64,000 nucleotides of DNA from Minisyncoccota bacterium (GTDB taxonomy: Bacteria; Patescibacteriota; Minisyncoccia; Phycocordibacterales; SBAW01): NCBI GenBank assembly GCA_035510635.1, contig DATKGU010000010.1:2149-66148 (forward strand), given 5' to 3'. The position numbers and the translations under genes were made by a program. Positions 36,303 through 46,489 of this stretch are shown in pieces. The notes under the pieces are model-generated. The model saw only the letters and a program-made list of their open reading frames with translations. It was not told where the DNA came from and did not search any database. The first letter of the stretch is position 1; each line of letters opens with the position of its first letter.

Positions 36303-37214
36303 TTATTTCCTGCGTTGGCCGTGGAATTTTTTGTGGACTTCCCTTAGATGTTTGTCGGTTATGTGCGTGTACACTTGCGTCGTGGCAATGTTGGCATGGC
36401 CGAGGAGCGCCTGCACGCTGCGCAAGTCGGCGCCATTTTCGAGCAGGTCGGTGGCAAAGGAGTGGCGGATAACGTGCGGGGTAACCTTGCGCGTGATGCC
36501 GGCCAGCGTGGCATATTTTTTAACAATCCTCTCAATACTGCGCGGTGTGATGCGCAACTCTTTGGCTCCTTTAGAGGTTTTACCCATTTGTATAAAGAGC
36601 GCATCGTCCATATCGGTGCGCTTTGCGTCGTAACGTTTGATTGCCTCTTTAGCCTCGGGGGAGAGAAAGACCACACGCACCTTCTCGCCTTTGCCGCGGA
36701 TAGAAAACTCGTCGCGCGAAAGGTCGAGGTCGCGATTGAGCGAGCACAACTCCGAGACGCGCAGGCCGGTGGAGAAAAAAAGTTCGAGTATCGCTTTGTC
36801 GCGCAAAGACTGCACCGTATTTGCCTTTGGGCCTCCAAGCAGCCTGTCGAGTTCTTGGCTCGAGATGAGGTCGAGGTCGCGCTGGCCAACCTTGGCAAGC
36901 TCGATGCGCTCGGGGTTGAGCGACTCGAGCCCGCGCTTGCGCAAAAACTTTAAAAACGCGCGGAGCGAAATCATGTAGTAGTTTTGCGTTTTTAACTTCA
37001 TGGTGCCGGTGGTGCCCGGCTGGCGGTTGAGATGGAGCCGAAACTCGCGCACCATTTGCTCGGTAATGTTGGATGGGGAAGTGATTTTGGTGTGTGCTAA
37101 AAAACGCGTGAGATAACGGTCGTAATTTTCGACCGTTTTGACGCCACGGCCTTTTTCGATCTCCAAATATTCCAAAAATTGCGACTTTAATTCCTTGAGA
37201 TTTTGATTTGCCAT
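36303..37214 (-). CDS. Tyrosine recombinase, XerC/XerD-like
   Basis: TGLRVSEL, HVIRHSFAT, LLGH, TTQVY. Confidence 0.93.
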   Translation of the reverse strand: MANQNLKELKSQFLEYLEIEKGRGVKTVENYDRYLTRFLAHTKITSPSNITEQMVREFRLHLNRQPGTTGTMKLKTQNYYMISLRAFLKFLRKRGLESLNPERIELAKVGQRDLDLISSQELDRLLGGPKANTVQSLRDKAILELFFSTGLRVSELCSLNRDLDLSRDEFSIRGKGEKVRVVFLSPEAKEAIKRYDAKRTDMDDALFIQMGKTSKGAKELRITPRSIERIVKKYATLAGITRKVTPHVIRHSFATDLLENGADLRSVQALLGHANIATTQVYTHITDKHLREVHKKFHGQRRK

Positions 37215-37297
37215 GTGTCGCACAATTTTAGCACGAGAATGTTGGAACACACCGTGGGGTCTTGCGCAAATTGCGAGCCTGTGCTACCATATCGGGC

Positions 37298-37564
37298 ATG
37301 CTTACCAAGCGGAAGAAGACGGCCACCATTAAGGAAGCGGCCATACACGACAAGGACACCGGCTCGCCGGAGGTTCAGGTTGCGCTTTTGTCTAAAAAAA
37401 TAGACGAACTCGCGCTCCATTTAAAGAAACACCTCAAGGATACGCACTCGCGCCGCGGTCTTTTGCAGATGGTTGCAGACCGCCGCACTCATTTGAAGTA
37501 TTTGGAAGGAAGCAACAAGAAGCGCTACAACGCACTTGTTAAAAAGCTCGGCCTCAAGAAATAA
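37298..37564 (+). CDS. rpsO: 30S ribosomal protein S15
   Basis: [19 protein letters not shown]. Confidence 0.97.
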   Translation: MLTKRKKTATIKEAAIHDKDTGSPEVQVALLSKKIDELALHLKKHLKDTHSRRGLLQMVADRRTHLKYLEGSNKKRYNALVKKLGLKK

Positions 37565-37689
37565 GGCACCTTTTACAGCATCTTCACCGTATAGATAGGC
37601 GAAGCGTGCTACTTTTATACGCGTAGCTCTCTTTTTTGTTCGGAAGCATTTTATTAGAGGTTCATTATTTTTAAACGCAGTTTCATTTT

Positions 37690-38346
37690 ATGGCTATCAT
37701 AAAACACAAAAGCCAGCGTGTCGGCATTTTTATAGACACGCAAAATCTTTATCACAGCGCAAAAAATTTGTACAAAGCCAAGGTTAACTTTGGCAATGTC
37801 GTTAAAGAGGCACTCGCCGGCCGCGTGCTCATACGCGCGGTGGCCTACGTTATCCGCACCGAAAGTGAGGAAGAGCGCGGTTTTTTTGATGCACTTAACA
37901 AAATAGGCATTGAGACCAAGGTCAAAGATATCCGTATCTTTGCCGGCGGCGCTAAAAAAGCCGACTGGGACATTGGCATGGCTATCGACGCCATTGCGAT
38001 GGCCAACAAGCTCGACACCGTGATACTCGCAACCGGCGACGGCGACTTTGTCCCGCTCGTGGAGTATCTCCGTTACTCATCGGGCATCCAAGTGGAGGTT
38101 ATCTCCTTTGGCAAATCGTCTTCGGGCCAGCTCAAAGAGGTGGTCGATGACTTTATCGATATGTGCGACAACCCAAAAAATTATCTCATAAACTATCGCG
38201 GCGGGGGCAAGAGTGCTTGGATACCAAACTTTGGGTCAGGCAACGAGCACCAAGACGAGAGTACCGACAACAAAAGGGGAGAAACAGCCGACGAAGGCAT
38301 AGACATAGGCACCGAGGTCTATGACGACTCCGAGGAGGAGAAATAA
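37690..38346 (+). CDS. NYN domain (LabA/DUF88) protein
   Basis: FIDTQN, KADWD, GDGDFVPL. Confidence 0.92.
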   Translation: MAIIKHKSQRVGIFIDTQNLYHSAKNLYKAKVNFGNVVKEALAGRVLIRAVAYVIRTESEEERGFFDALNKIGIETKVKDIRIFAGGAKKADWDIGMAIDAIAMANKLDTVILATGDGDFVPLVEYLRYSSGIQVEVISFGKSSSGQLKEVVDDFIDMCDNPKNYLINYRGGGKSAWIPNFGSGNEHQDESTDNKRGETADEGIDIGTEVYDDSEEEK

Positions 38347-38371
38347 AAAAAACATTACACAAAAAGTTGGG

Positions 38372-38400
38372 AGCCCCGCAGGTGAGCCTGCGGGGCTTTT
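38372..38400 (+). terminator. Intrinsic terminator
   Basis: AGCCCCGCAGG-TGAG-CCTGCGGGGCTTTT. Confidence 0.85.
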
Positions 38401-38514
38401 GTTTTGGATATTTTTGGCGTAGAGTAAACGGGTATTCATTAATATATAAGCGCCCTTGGATAGGTAGTTCTCAATTATGATTGAGGCCTAAAATCTGAGG
38501 GCACACAAAGCCCT

Positions 38515-40800
38515 ATGCAAAGCAAAAGTTTTAGTTTGGAAGTTGGTGGCAAGACCATGACGGCGGAGTTTACCGACCTGGCGGAGCAAGCCGACGGCTC
38601 GGTTATCGTGCGCTATGGCAACACCGCGGTGTTGGCCACAGCGGTTATGTCAACTCGCACACGCGACGATATCGATTACTTCCCGCTCACGGTTGATTAC
38701 GAAGAGCGCTTTTACGCCGCAGGCGCGATACTCGGCAGCCGCTTTATGCGCCGTGAGGGCAGACCATCTGAGCAGGCAATACTCTCCGGCCGTGTGGTTG
38801 ACCGCACTATCCGGCCGCTCTTTCCGCAACATGTGCGCAACGAAGTGCAAGTGATTATCACCATGCTTGCGGTTGATGAGGAGGACCCGAGCCCGGTTGC
38901 CGTTAATGCCGCGTCGCTTGCGATTGCAACGTCAAACATCCCGTGGGACGGGCCGGTTGCGGCGGTGCGCATTGGTATGCGTAGAAGCGCCCCCGACGCA
39001 AAGGTCGGGGCAGGCTACGTAATAAACCCAACGTTTGCCGAGCGCGAGTCGAAAGATATGACGCTCGAGATACTTGCATGCGGCAAGGACAGCACCATTA
39101 ACATGATTGAGGTGGGTGCCTCGCAAGCGAGCGAGGACGATATTGCTGCCGGATTTGTAAAAGCAGTTGAAGAGCACGACAAAATAATTGAGTGGCAAAA
39201 AAAGATTATCGCAGAGATTGGGAAAGAAAAGCGCTCTGCCGAAAAGCCTGCGCTACCCGCGGCGATGCTTGAACTTTTTGAAAACGAATTTAAAACAAAA
39301 TTGAGTGAGGCGGTGTTTTGCGGCGCACCCAGCAAAGATGCCATACACACTGTGCAAGATGAGTGGATGGAAGCGATAGGGGAGCTGCAAGCTTCCGTGA
39401 AAGGGAGAGATGAACACGACCCCAACTCCCTTTCCACGGAACTTGCAGCTCCTCTCAACGTGGGTGTGGCCAAAAGATTTTTGGAAGACAAAGTTGATGA
39501 GGAGATACATCGCGGCGCAGTAGAGGAAGGGAAGCGCGCCGACAATCGCGCGTTTAACGAAGTGCGCCCGCTGTTTGCAAAAGCCGGCGGCATGTCGGAG
39601 ATACTCCACGGCTCGGGTATCTTTTATCGCGGCGGCACGCACGTGTTTACGGCGCTCACCTTGGGCGGCCCCGGCGACTCGCAAATTGTCGACACGATGG
39701 AAGAGCACGATGTTAAAAAACGCTTCATGCATCATTACAACTTTCCACCGTACTCCTCAGGCGAGACAGGCCGCATGGGCGGGATAAACCGCCGCGCAAT
39801 AGGACACGGCGCACTTGCCGAAAAAGCTTTGAGTGCGGTGATACCACCGGCAGAGCAATTCCCGTACACTATCCGCCTCGTGTCGGAGTGTTTTGCAAGC
39901 AACGGTTCAACCTCGATGGGCTCGGTGTGCGCATCGACGCTCGCGCTCATGGACGGCGGCGTGCCGATTGTGGCGCCCGTGGCCGGCATCGCGATGGGTC
40001 TTATGCTCTCGGCCAATTTTGCCACTGACAAAAAATACAAAGTGCTCACCGACATCCAAGGGCCGGAAGATGAGTTTGGCGACATGGACTTTAAAGTTGC
40101 CGGCACGCGCGCGGGCGTGACCGCGATACAAATGGACATCAAGCTCGGCGGCGTGCCGGTGCCGATATTGGTGGAGGCGCTCGCGGGCGCCAAAGCCGCG
40201 CGCCTGCACATACTCGACGTGATAGAAAAAGAGATTAGTACACCGCGCGCGCATATATCGCCGCGCGCGCCGGAGATTCTTACTCTGCACGTGCGCCCCG
40301 ACCAAATTGGTCTCGTTATCGGCGGCGGCGGCAAAACAATCAACGGCATTAGAGACGTAACCGGCGTCTCCGACATCACTATTGAAGACGACGGCTCGAT
40401 ATTTATCACCGGCAAAAACGGCACGGCCGAAAAAGCTAAAGGAATGATCGAAGCGCTTGTTAAAGAATACAAACCAGGCGAAGTGTATGAAGGGGAAGTG
40501 ACGCGCCTCATGGACTTTGGCGCGTTTGTGCGCATCGGCCCCGGCAAAGATGCCGAAGGATTGGTGCACGTTTCGGAAGTGGCGCCGTTTCGAATTGAGC
40601 GTATTGCACAGGCCGTTAGCGTGGGGGAGCGTGTGCGGGTTATGATAAAAGAGATCGATGAGAAAGGCCGCATCAATCTCTCGATAAAAGCTGCGGACCC
40701 GGACTTTGCAACACGCAAAGGACTCGCACCTTCAACCAACACCAATGGAACCAACGGAACCAGTCACTCCCCAAGAACCGGCAGCAGGCCAAACGCCTAA
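38515..40800 (+). CDS. pnp: Polyribonucleotide nucleotidyltransferase
   Basis: FPLTVDY, HHYNFPPYS, SNGSTSM, GDMDFKVAG, KH and S1 domains. Confidence 0.98.
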   Translation: MQSKSFSLEVGGKTMTAEFTDLAEQADGSVIVRYGNTAVLATAVMSTRTRDDIDYFPLTVDYEERFYAAGAILGSRFMRREGRPSEQAILSGRVVDRTIRPLFPQHVRNEVQVIITMLAVDEEDPSPVAVNAASLAIATSNIPWDGPVAAVRIGMRRSAPDAKVGAGYVINPTFAERESKDMTLEILACGKDSTINMIEVGASQASEDDIAAGFVKAVEEHDKIIEWQKKIIAEIGKEKRSAEKPALPAAMLELFENEFKTKLSEAVFCGAPSKDAIHTVQDEWMEAIGELQASVKGRDEHDPNSLSTELAAPLNVGVAKRFLEDKVDEEIHRGAVEEGKRADNRAFNEVRPLFAKAGGMSEILHGSGIFYRGGTHVFTALTLGGPGDSQIVDTMEEHDVKKRFMHHYNFPPYSSGETGRMGGINRRAIGHGALAEKALSAVIPPAEQFPYTIRLVSECFASNGSTSMGSVCASTLALMDGGVPIVAPVAGIAMGLMLSANFATDKKYKVLTDIQGPEDEFGDMDFKVAGTRAGVTAIQMDIKLGGVPVPILVEALAGAKAARLHILDVIEKEISTPRAHISPRAPEILTLHVRPDQIGLVIGGGGKTINGIRDVTGVSDITIEDDGSIFITGKNGTAEKAKGMIEALVKEYKPGEVYEGEVTRLMDFGAFVRIGPGKDAEGLVHVSEVAPFRIERIAQAVSVGERVRVMIKEIDEKGRINLSIKAADPDFATRKGLAPSTNTNGTNGTSHSPRTGSRPNA

Positions 40801-41947
40801 CACTCCTCCGCACGATCCTTTTGATTTAGGGAAGATTTTGCTGCCTAAAAAAGAAACGCCGGGTCAAACGCCCGCGAGTGCCTCCCGCGTCAACGCGGGC
40901 GCGTTGCTCGAGCAAGAACAAAACGCCACATTGCTTGGAGGCGCGGGCGCGGATGCCGTGGATGTGAGCGCCGAGTCTTCGAGGGGGAACGGAGCGACAT
41001 CCGCGCCCGCGCCTGCGGCGGAGACGCAAACGGTACAGCCAATCGAAACCTACCAGGGAGATATCGAAGGACTCGTAAAAGATAAAAATGTTTCGGTGCT
41101 CTCGATTGCCGCGGCAGAGGCCGCGCGTCGCGCGCAAACGCACGAGAGCGAGGAACGCGCACCCGCGCAAGACCGGTCGGCACTGATTAAAAACATTGGC
41201 CTCTTTGCGCTCGGGTTTTTGTTTTTAGTCGCCGCGTCGGGCGCGCTTGCTTATATAGTAGAGCGCCCCACCTCGGTCGGCACGCCGCAAGCGCCCACCG
41301 CTCCTTTTATCGCAGTTGATGACACAAAAACAATTACGATAGACCAGTACACGACACGGACGTCGCTTATGTCGACGCTCACCGCCGCCAAACAAGCCAC
41401 CGCGCTCTCGCTCGGGCTCATGTCGCGGCTCCTTATTACAACCGCCTCGAGCACCGCAAGCGGCCAAGTGCTTGTGCCACTAGACGCACAAAGTTTTTTT
41501 ACGCTCATCGCGCCCGACATACCGCAAAATCTTTTGCTAACGATGCAACCAACCTTCCTTTTGGGCGTGCATGTGTACAACGACAACCAGCCATTTTTTA
41601 TCATACGCGTCGACTCCTACGAACAGGCGTATGCGAGCATGCTCGCGTGGGAGCCCACCATGCAGGCCGACCTCTCACCGCTCTTTGATTACACGCCATC
41701 GCCGCATATCCCCGAGCAGGGTATTGCCACCACCACGCCGCCCGCGCAGTTTATACAAACGGGCTTTGTGGATATGATTGTCGAAAACCACGATGCGCGC
41801 GTGATACAAAACAGCACAGGCGACATCAGCCTGCTCTGGACCTTTATCGACCGCAATACTTTGGTGATAACCACCAATGATGCCACCTTGCGCGAGATTA
41901 TCTCGCGCCTGCAAAACGCCCCAGTCACCCCCATCCCCACGCAGTAA
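40745..41947 (+). CDS. Single-pass membrane hypothetical protein
   Basis: Disordered N-terminus, TM helix, C-terminal MLAWE domain; overlaps the end of pnp. Confidence 0.75.
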   Translation: MEPTEPVTPQEPAAGQTPNTPPHDPFDLGKILLPKKETPGQTPASASRVNAGALLEQEQNATLLGGAGADAVDVSAESSRGNGATSAPAPAAETQTVQPIETYQGDIEGLVKDKNVSVLSIAAAEAARRAQTHESEERAPAQDRSALIKNIGLFALGFLFLVAASGALAYIVERPTSVGTPQAPTAPFIAVDDTKTITIDQYTTRTSLMSTLTAAKQATALSLGLMSRLLITTASSTASGQVLVPLDAQSFFTLIAPDIPQNLLLTMQPTFLLGVHVYNDNQPFFIIRVDSYEQAYASMLAWEPTMQADLSPLFDYTPSPHIPEQGIATTTPPAQFIQTGFVDMIVENHDARVIQNSTGDISLLWTFIDRNTLVITTNDATLREIISRLQNAPVTPIPTQ

Positions 41948-41979
41948 AAAATCGTCTAATAGGGTATACTATCCCCCAT

Positions 41980-42342
41980 ATGAATACCGACCATTTTAAA
42001 AAGAAACTTGAGGACGAGTTAAAAACGGTGACCCGCGAGCTCGACGACTTGGGCTGGAAAAACCCCGAAACAGGGGAGTGGGAGGCGGCCACCGCCGACC
42101 TCGACACCTCGGCCACGGAGGAGGATGAGCTTGCCGACAACCAAGAGGAGCTTGAGGAGCACCAGGCTGAGATAGAGCCTTTGGAGCTCCGCTATATCGA
42201 GCTTAAGCACGCGCTCGAAAAAATCGACGAAAATATTTATGGCACCTGCGAGGTGTGCGATGTTGCTATTGAAGACGACCGCCTTGAGGCAAACCCAGCT
42301 GCCCGCACCTGCCTCGCGCACGTAAACACCACCGCGGTCTAA
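41980..42342 (+). CDS. TraR/DksA C4-type zinc finger protein
   Basis: ALEKID...YGTCEVC...RLEANPAARTC. Confidence 0.9.
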   Translation: MNTDHFKKKLEDELKTVTRELDDLGWKNPETGEWEAATADLDTSATEEDELADNQEELEEHQAEIEPLELRYIELKHALEKIDENIYGTCEVCDVAIEDDRLEANPAARTCLAHVNTTAV

Positions 42343-42464
42343 AAAGAAAAACTCCCTTTTCGGAGGAGTAGGGCTCCCGTTCATCTCTCCGGAGAAAACG
42401 GGAGTTTTTCTTTTTAGAAACTTTGGTACTTGTATTGTAAAAACTATTTGGTAAGCTCCGCGGC

Positions 42465-44054
42465 ATGCAATATGCCAAAGTTTACGGGGCGCAGACTTCT
42501 CTTTTAACACCGCATCTTGTTTCGATCGAAACCGACCTCTCGAGAGGCTTGCACGCTTTTACACTTGTGGGCTTGCCCGACAAATCGGTTGAAGAGTCGC
42601 GCGACAGAGTATCGGCTGCGATAAAACACGCGGGCTTTGACTCGCCAAAGAGCCGCAACCAAAAAATTGTTATCTCGCTTGCGCCCGCCGATTTAAAAAA
42701 AGAAGGGCCGATGTTTGATTTGCCGATTGCAATTTCATACTTGCTTGCATCCGACGACATACGCTTCGACCCGGAGCCGTATCTTTTTATCGGCGAGCTT
42801 TCGCTCGACGGACACCTCTGCGCCGTGCGCGGGATTTTGCCGCTCGTGGCCGATGCCAAAAAAAGAGGCAAGCGCGCGGTGTTTGTTCCGAAGGAGAACG
42901 AGAGGGAAGCGGCGCTCGTGCCCGGCATCACGGTGTACGGCGTGGAGACGTTGCGCGAGATACTTGAGCATCTCGATACAAAAAAGCCCCGACGCTCTTC
43001 CGAAGAGGTCGGGGTCCCGACCGAAGCGTCGGGAAAAAAGAGTAATAAAGAAAGTAAGCGTTTAGTTCCGGCGCTCCAAACAAAACTTGAGGCCAGCGAT
43101 ATCGAAACGCAGTTTGCGTTTGAGGACATCCGCGGGCAGGAGAGCGCCAAGCGCGCGGCCATAATCGCCGCGGCAGGCGGGCACAACCTTGGACTCTCGG
43201 GGCCGCCTGGCACCGGCAAAACAATGCTCGCGCGTGCGCTTGCCTCGATACTCCCGCCGCTCTCCTTTGATGAGATGCTCGAGGTCAACAGCATCCACTC
43301 GGTGGCTGGCACATTGCGCGGCGAGCTGTTAACGATGCCTCCCATACGCGCGCCGCATCACACCTCAAGCTATGTTTCGATAGTGGGAGGAGGAGCCACG
43401 CCGCGCCCCGGCGAGGCAACACTCGCACACAAAGGTGTCCTCTTTTTAGACGAGTTCCCCGAGTTTGATAGGCGAGTGATAGAGGCACTGCGCCAACCAT
43501 TGGAAGACCGCGTGATATCAATCGCGCGTTCAAAAGGCACCGCAATTTTCCCTGCGCGGTTTACCTTGATTGCCGCGATGAACCCGTGCCCGTGCGGCAA
43601 CTATGGCCACCCCGAGATTGCGTGCACGTGCAGCCCGTTCGCGCTCGAAAAATATCGCCGCAAAATATCCGGGCCAATTGCCGACCGCATCGACCTCTGG
43701 ATACAAATGGGTCCGGTGGAGTTGACCGAGCTTGGCAAAAAATCAAAGCAGGGAAGTGAGACGCTTGTTGCGCGTGCACAAGTAAAAAAAGCGCGCGAGC
43801 GGCAAGCAACGCGTTATAAAACGCCGGGCAAAACAAACAGCGACCTTTCTCCGCGCGAGCTCGAAGAGTTTGTGGTGCTCGACCCCGCAGTGCGTGCAAC
43901 GCTCGAGAAAGCCGGCACGCGTTTGGCACTATCTCCACGCGCATTTCATCGCGTAATAAAAGTCGCGCAAACAATTGCCGACCTCGAAGGCGCCGAAAAA
44001 ATAAAAGAGAGCCACATCCTCGAAGCCCTGCAATATAGAGAGCGCAAGAGCTAA
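42465..44054 (+). CDS. comM: YifB/ComM Mg-chelatase-like AAA+ helicase
   Basis: VGLPD, LAPADLKKEG, GPPGTGKT, LFLDEFPEF, AMNPCPCG. Confidence 0.94.
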   Translation: MQYAKVYGAQTSLLTPHLVSIETDLSRGLHAFTLVGLPDKSVEESRDRVSAAIKHAGFDSPKSRNQKIVISLAPADLKKEGPMFDLPIAISYLLASDDIRFDPEPYLFIGELSLDGHLCAVRGILPLVADAKKRGKRAVFVPKENEREAALVPGITVYGVETLREILEHLDTKKPRRSSEEVGVPTEASGKKSNKESKRLVPALQTKLEASDIETQFAFEDIRGQESAKRAAIIAAAGGHNLGLSGPPGTGKTMLARALASILPPLSFDEMLEVNSIHSVAGTLRGELLTMPPIRAPHHTSSYVSIVGGGATPRPGEATLAHKGVLFLDEFPEFDRRVIEALRQPLEDRVISIARSKGTAIFPARFTLIAAMNPCPCGNYGHPEIACTCSPFALEKYRRKISGPIADRIDLWIQMGPVELTELGKKSKQGSETLVARAQVKKARERQATRYKTPGKTNSDLSPRELEEFVVLDPAVRATLEKAGTRLALSPRAFHRVIKVAQTIADLEGAEKIKESHILEALQYRERKS

Positions 44055-44056
44055 TG

Positions 44057-44077
44057 TACAAAGGTTTAACCTTTGTA
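44057..44077. repeat. REP-like palindrome
   Basis: TACAAAGGTT-T-AACCTTTGTA. Confidence 0.6.
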
Positions 44078-44199
44078 GAAGTAGTTAATCAAGTAAACCG
44101 GTTAAACAGAGCGGTGTGTGAGTAAAACCCCAAACCCTGTTTCACAGCTATAAATAGATGATATTATCTTGGTAACAGATTATTAATCACAAAAAATCC

Positions 44200-45087
44200 A
44201 TGACTTTTTTGTCTCACATATTTTTATCAATAGTGCTGGTAGTACAAGGATTCTTTGGCCACGCTCAACCAATAGCCGTAGTGCCTATCGCGACCAGTAC
44301 CGTGAGCAACACTACTAATAATCTACAGGCAGCCACGACTTCTACAATTACAAAAACACCTCCAGTTATGACACCTGCAAGTGCGCCAGTAGTCACGCCA
44401 ACGGCTCCTTCAAACACAACCCTTTGCAATGGAACTTACTACACAAATTGTCCGAGTGGAAATACTTTAGTTTGCCCTAACAATGGAGGTAAAGCTTATT
44501 GCACATCTTCAACGCCCACACAGCAACCAACTCAAAAAGTTACACCTCCAACAGGAGTTACAACAGACATTGCTGCCACCCTTCAGATGAAAACAGAGTG
44601 CGCTACCTTAGGATTACAGAAAGAAAACAGTGACAAGACTAGTCTTATTGGTACTGAGAGTATAATTCGAGATGCATATGGTTACAGTCCTTCTCTCAAC
44701 ACCTGCGTTTATGCGGCTGAGTATGAATTCCCGACTCTGAATACAATAGATGCATCATTTTATAATTTAATAACCGGCACGGGTATTTCTTTGCCTCAAT
44801 CAGGTTCATGGCTCTCGAATACTCGCACCCTCCCAGCAGGAGAATTCAACTACAATGGTTGGGTTTATGACTGCAACAATCTCCCAAGTTTTATAAATAC
44901 AGGAAATCAGCTGGGACAACAAAATTGGGTCCAGGTTAACACTGGGCAGTCGTGTGGAGTTGTATGGATTTATACCCCAGGAATAGACACTACGAAAGCA
45001 GTTGCTGTCTTTAACAACGTACCCTACGACTATGTCGCTCAGGTTCAAAACTTTTGGACTGAATATTCCACTCTCGTCCCACAGTAA
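44200..45087 (+). CDS. Secreted or anchored Thr/Cys-rich hypothetical protein
   Basis: Signal-like N-terminus, Thr/Pro linker, CNGTYYTNCP Cys motif; AT-richer. Confidence 0.75.
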   Translation: MTFLSHIFLSIVLVVQGFFGHAQPIAVVPIATSTVSNTTNNLQAATTSTITKTPPVMTPASAPVVTPTAPSNTTLCNGTYYTNCPSGNTLVCPNNGGKAYCTSSTPTQQPTQKVTPPTGVTTDIAATLQMKTECATLGLQKENSDKTSLIGTESIIRDAYGYSPSLNTCVYAAEYEFPTLNTIDASFYNLITGTGISLPQSGSWLSNTRTLPAGEFNYNGWVYDCNNLPSFINTGNQLGQQNWVQVNTGQSCGVVWIYTPGIDTTKAVAVFNNVPYDYVAQVQNFWTEYSTLVPQ

Positions 45088-45140
45088 ATAAAAAATCCAC
45101 AATTGTGGATTTTTTATTTTGTCTATTTATTTTTCAGAAA

Positions 45141-46220
45141 CTAATTTGCAAAAGGGTTTTCGGCGCCACGGACTTCGAAATGGAGGTGGTTGCCTGTTGC
45201 CAGGCCGGTCATGCCAACCAAGCCTATCGTGTCGCCTTGGCTCACACTCGCACCCGCGCTGGTGAGTACTTTGCTCATGTGTGCATAGAGTGTTTCGGTG
45301 CCGTTGGGATGCGAGATAACCACATAGTTGCCGTACCCGCCGTTCCACGCGCCGTTGTCTTTTGCAACAATCACGGTGCCGTTTGCCGCCGCATAAATTG
45401 GAGTGCCTTTTGGCGCGCCAATGTCTACCGCGTTCCATCCGTGCAACCCTTGCGTGATAACCCCGCCTTGCAAGGGCCATGCAAAGTAGCCGGGGATAGC
45501 GGGGCCGCTGCCGCCCAAGTACGGCTCGGTGGTGCTGCCTTTTGCAATACTCTTAATCACCGAAGAGTGAGAGCCGCTCACGCTACTACCGGAAGATTTT
45601 TTAGTTGATGACGAACCGGATGAAATAGCGGACGCTTCACCATCGGGGATGATGATGCTGTCGCCAACCGTGAGCGAGTCGCTGTCGGCCAAGCCGTTGT
45701 ACGATGCAATGTCGTGCGCGTTTGATTTATATTTTGTTGCGAGCGAGGCGAGCGTGTCACCTTTTACAATGGTGTGCTGTATGCCGGTGATAGGGAGGAT
45801 GATGAGCGTTTGGCCCGGCGCGATGACGCCGCCTTGTATGTCGTTGGCCCACACAATGGTGTTGACCGAGACATTAAACATTGCGGCAATCTCCGAGAGC
45901 GTGTCGCCCGGGCGCACGGTGTACACGCTAATCTGCGAGCTTGCCGGCGTGCTTGCAATGTCGGCCGCGGTACCGTCGGGCCCCTGGTCGGGCGCCAAAG
46001 CCGAGCCGTCGACTACGGTAATATTGCCGCCGCCAGTTGCCGCATTTGGGTCGACATTGACTATTGCAGAGAGAAGCGGCATGGTCTGCGAATTGGAGGC
46101 CGAACTTACGGTGCCGGCATCTTGCGCGGTCTGATTAAACAAAGACCCTATAAAAGAAAGGGCGCTTGCTTGCGCAAGCACCGGTATAATGAGCACACCT
46201 AAAGACGCAGACCCCAGCAA
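45141..46220 (-). CDS. LysM x2 plus M23 peptidase
   Basis: YTVRPGDTLSEIA, HTIVKGDTL, HGWNAVD, YAHM, HLHFEV; start uncertain. Confidence 0.92.
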   Translation of the reverse strand: MLGSASLGVLIIPVLAQASALSFIGSLFNQTAQDAGTVSSASNSQTMPLLSAIVNVDPNAATGGGNITVVDGSALAPDQGPDGTAADIASTPASSQISVYTVRPGDTLSEIAAMFNVSVNTIVWANDIQGGVIAPGQTLIILPITGIQHTIVKGDTLASLATKYKSNAHDIASYNGLADSDSLTVGDSIIIPDGEASAISSGSSSTKKSSGSSVSGSHSSVIKSIAKGSTTEPYLGGSGPAIPGYFAWPLQGGVITQGLHGWNAVDIGAPKGTPIYAAANGTVIVAKDNGAWNGGYGNYVVISHPNGTETLYAHMSKVLTSAGASVSQGDTIGLVGMTGLATGNHLHFEVRGAENPFAN

Positions 46221-46489
46221 GAGATTGAAAAATAACGCTTTATTTGCCTTCTTCAGGAAAAACCGTTTAACCGCTGAAGAAGTGTCTATATTGTCTTGGT
46301 CTATAAGCCTATTTTGTGGGAATTGCAGCCAGTTCCCTCGTTTAATGGCTCAACAGAGCCATTTCATACAACCTTCACCCCGTACCTATCTAGGGTACCA
46401 GCTAGAGTTTGAGAGTCAACTAGACAAACCGGCAGCTGTGTATAACAAAAAAGACGGCTGTTTTAGCATTTTCACGATATAGTGCTTAA

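Noticed and set aside
42342-42415. Long inverted repeat after the dksA-like gene as a MITE or ncRNA
   Set aside because: It is single copy in the window and adequately explained as a terminator-like hairpin
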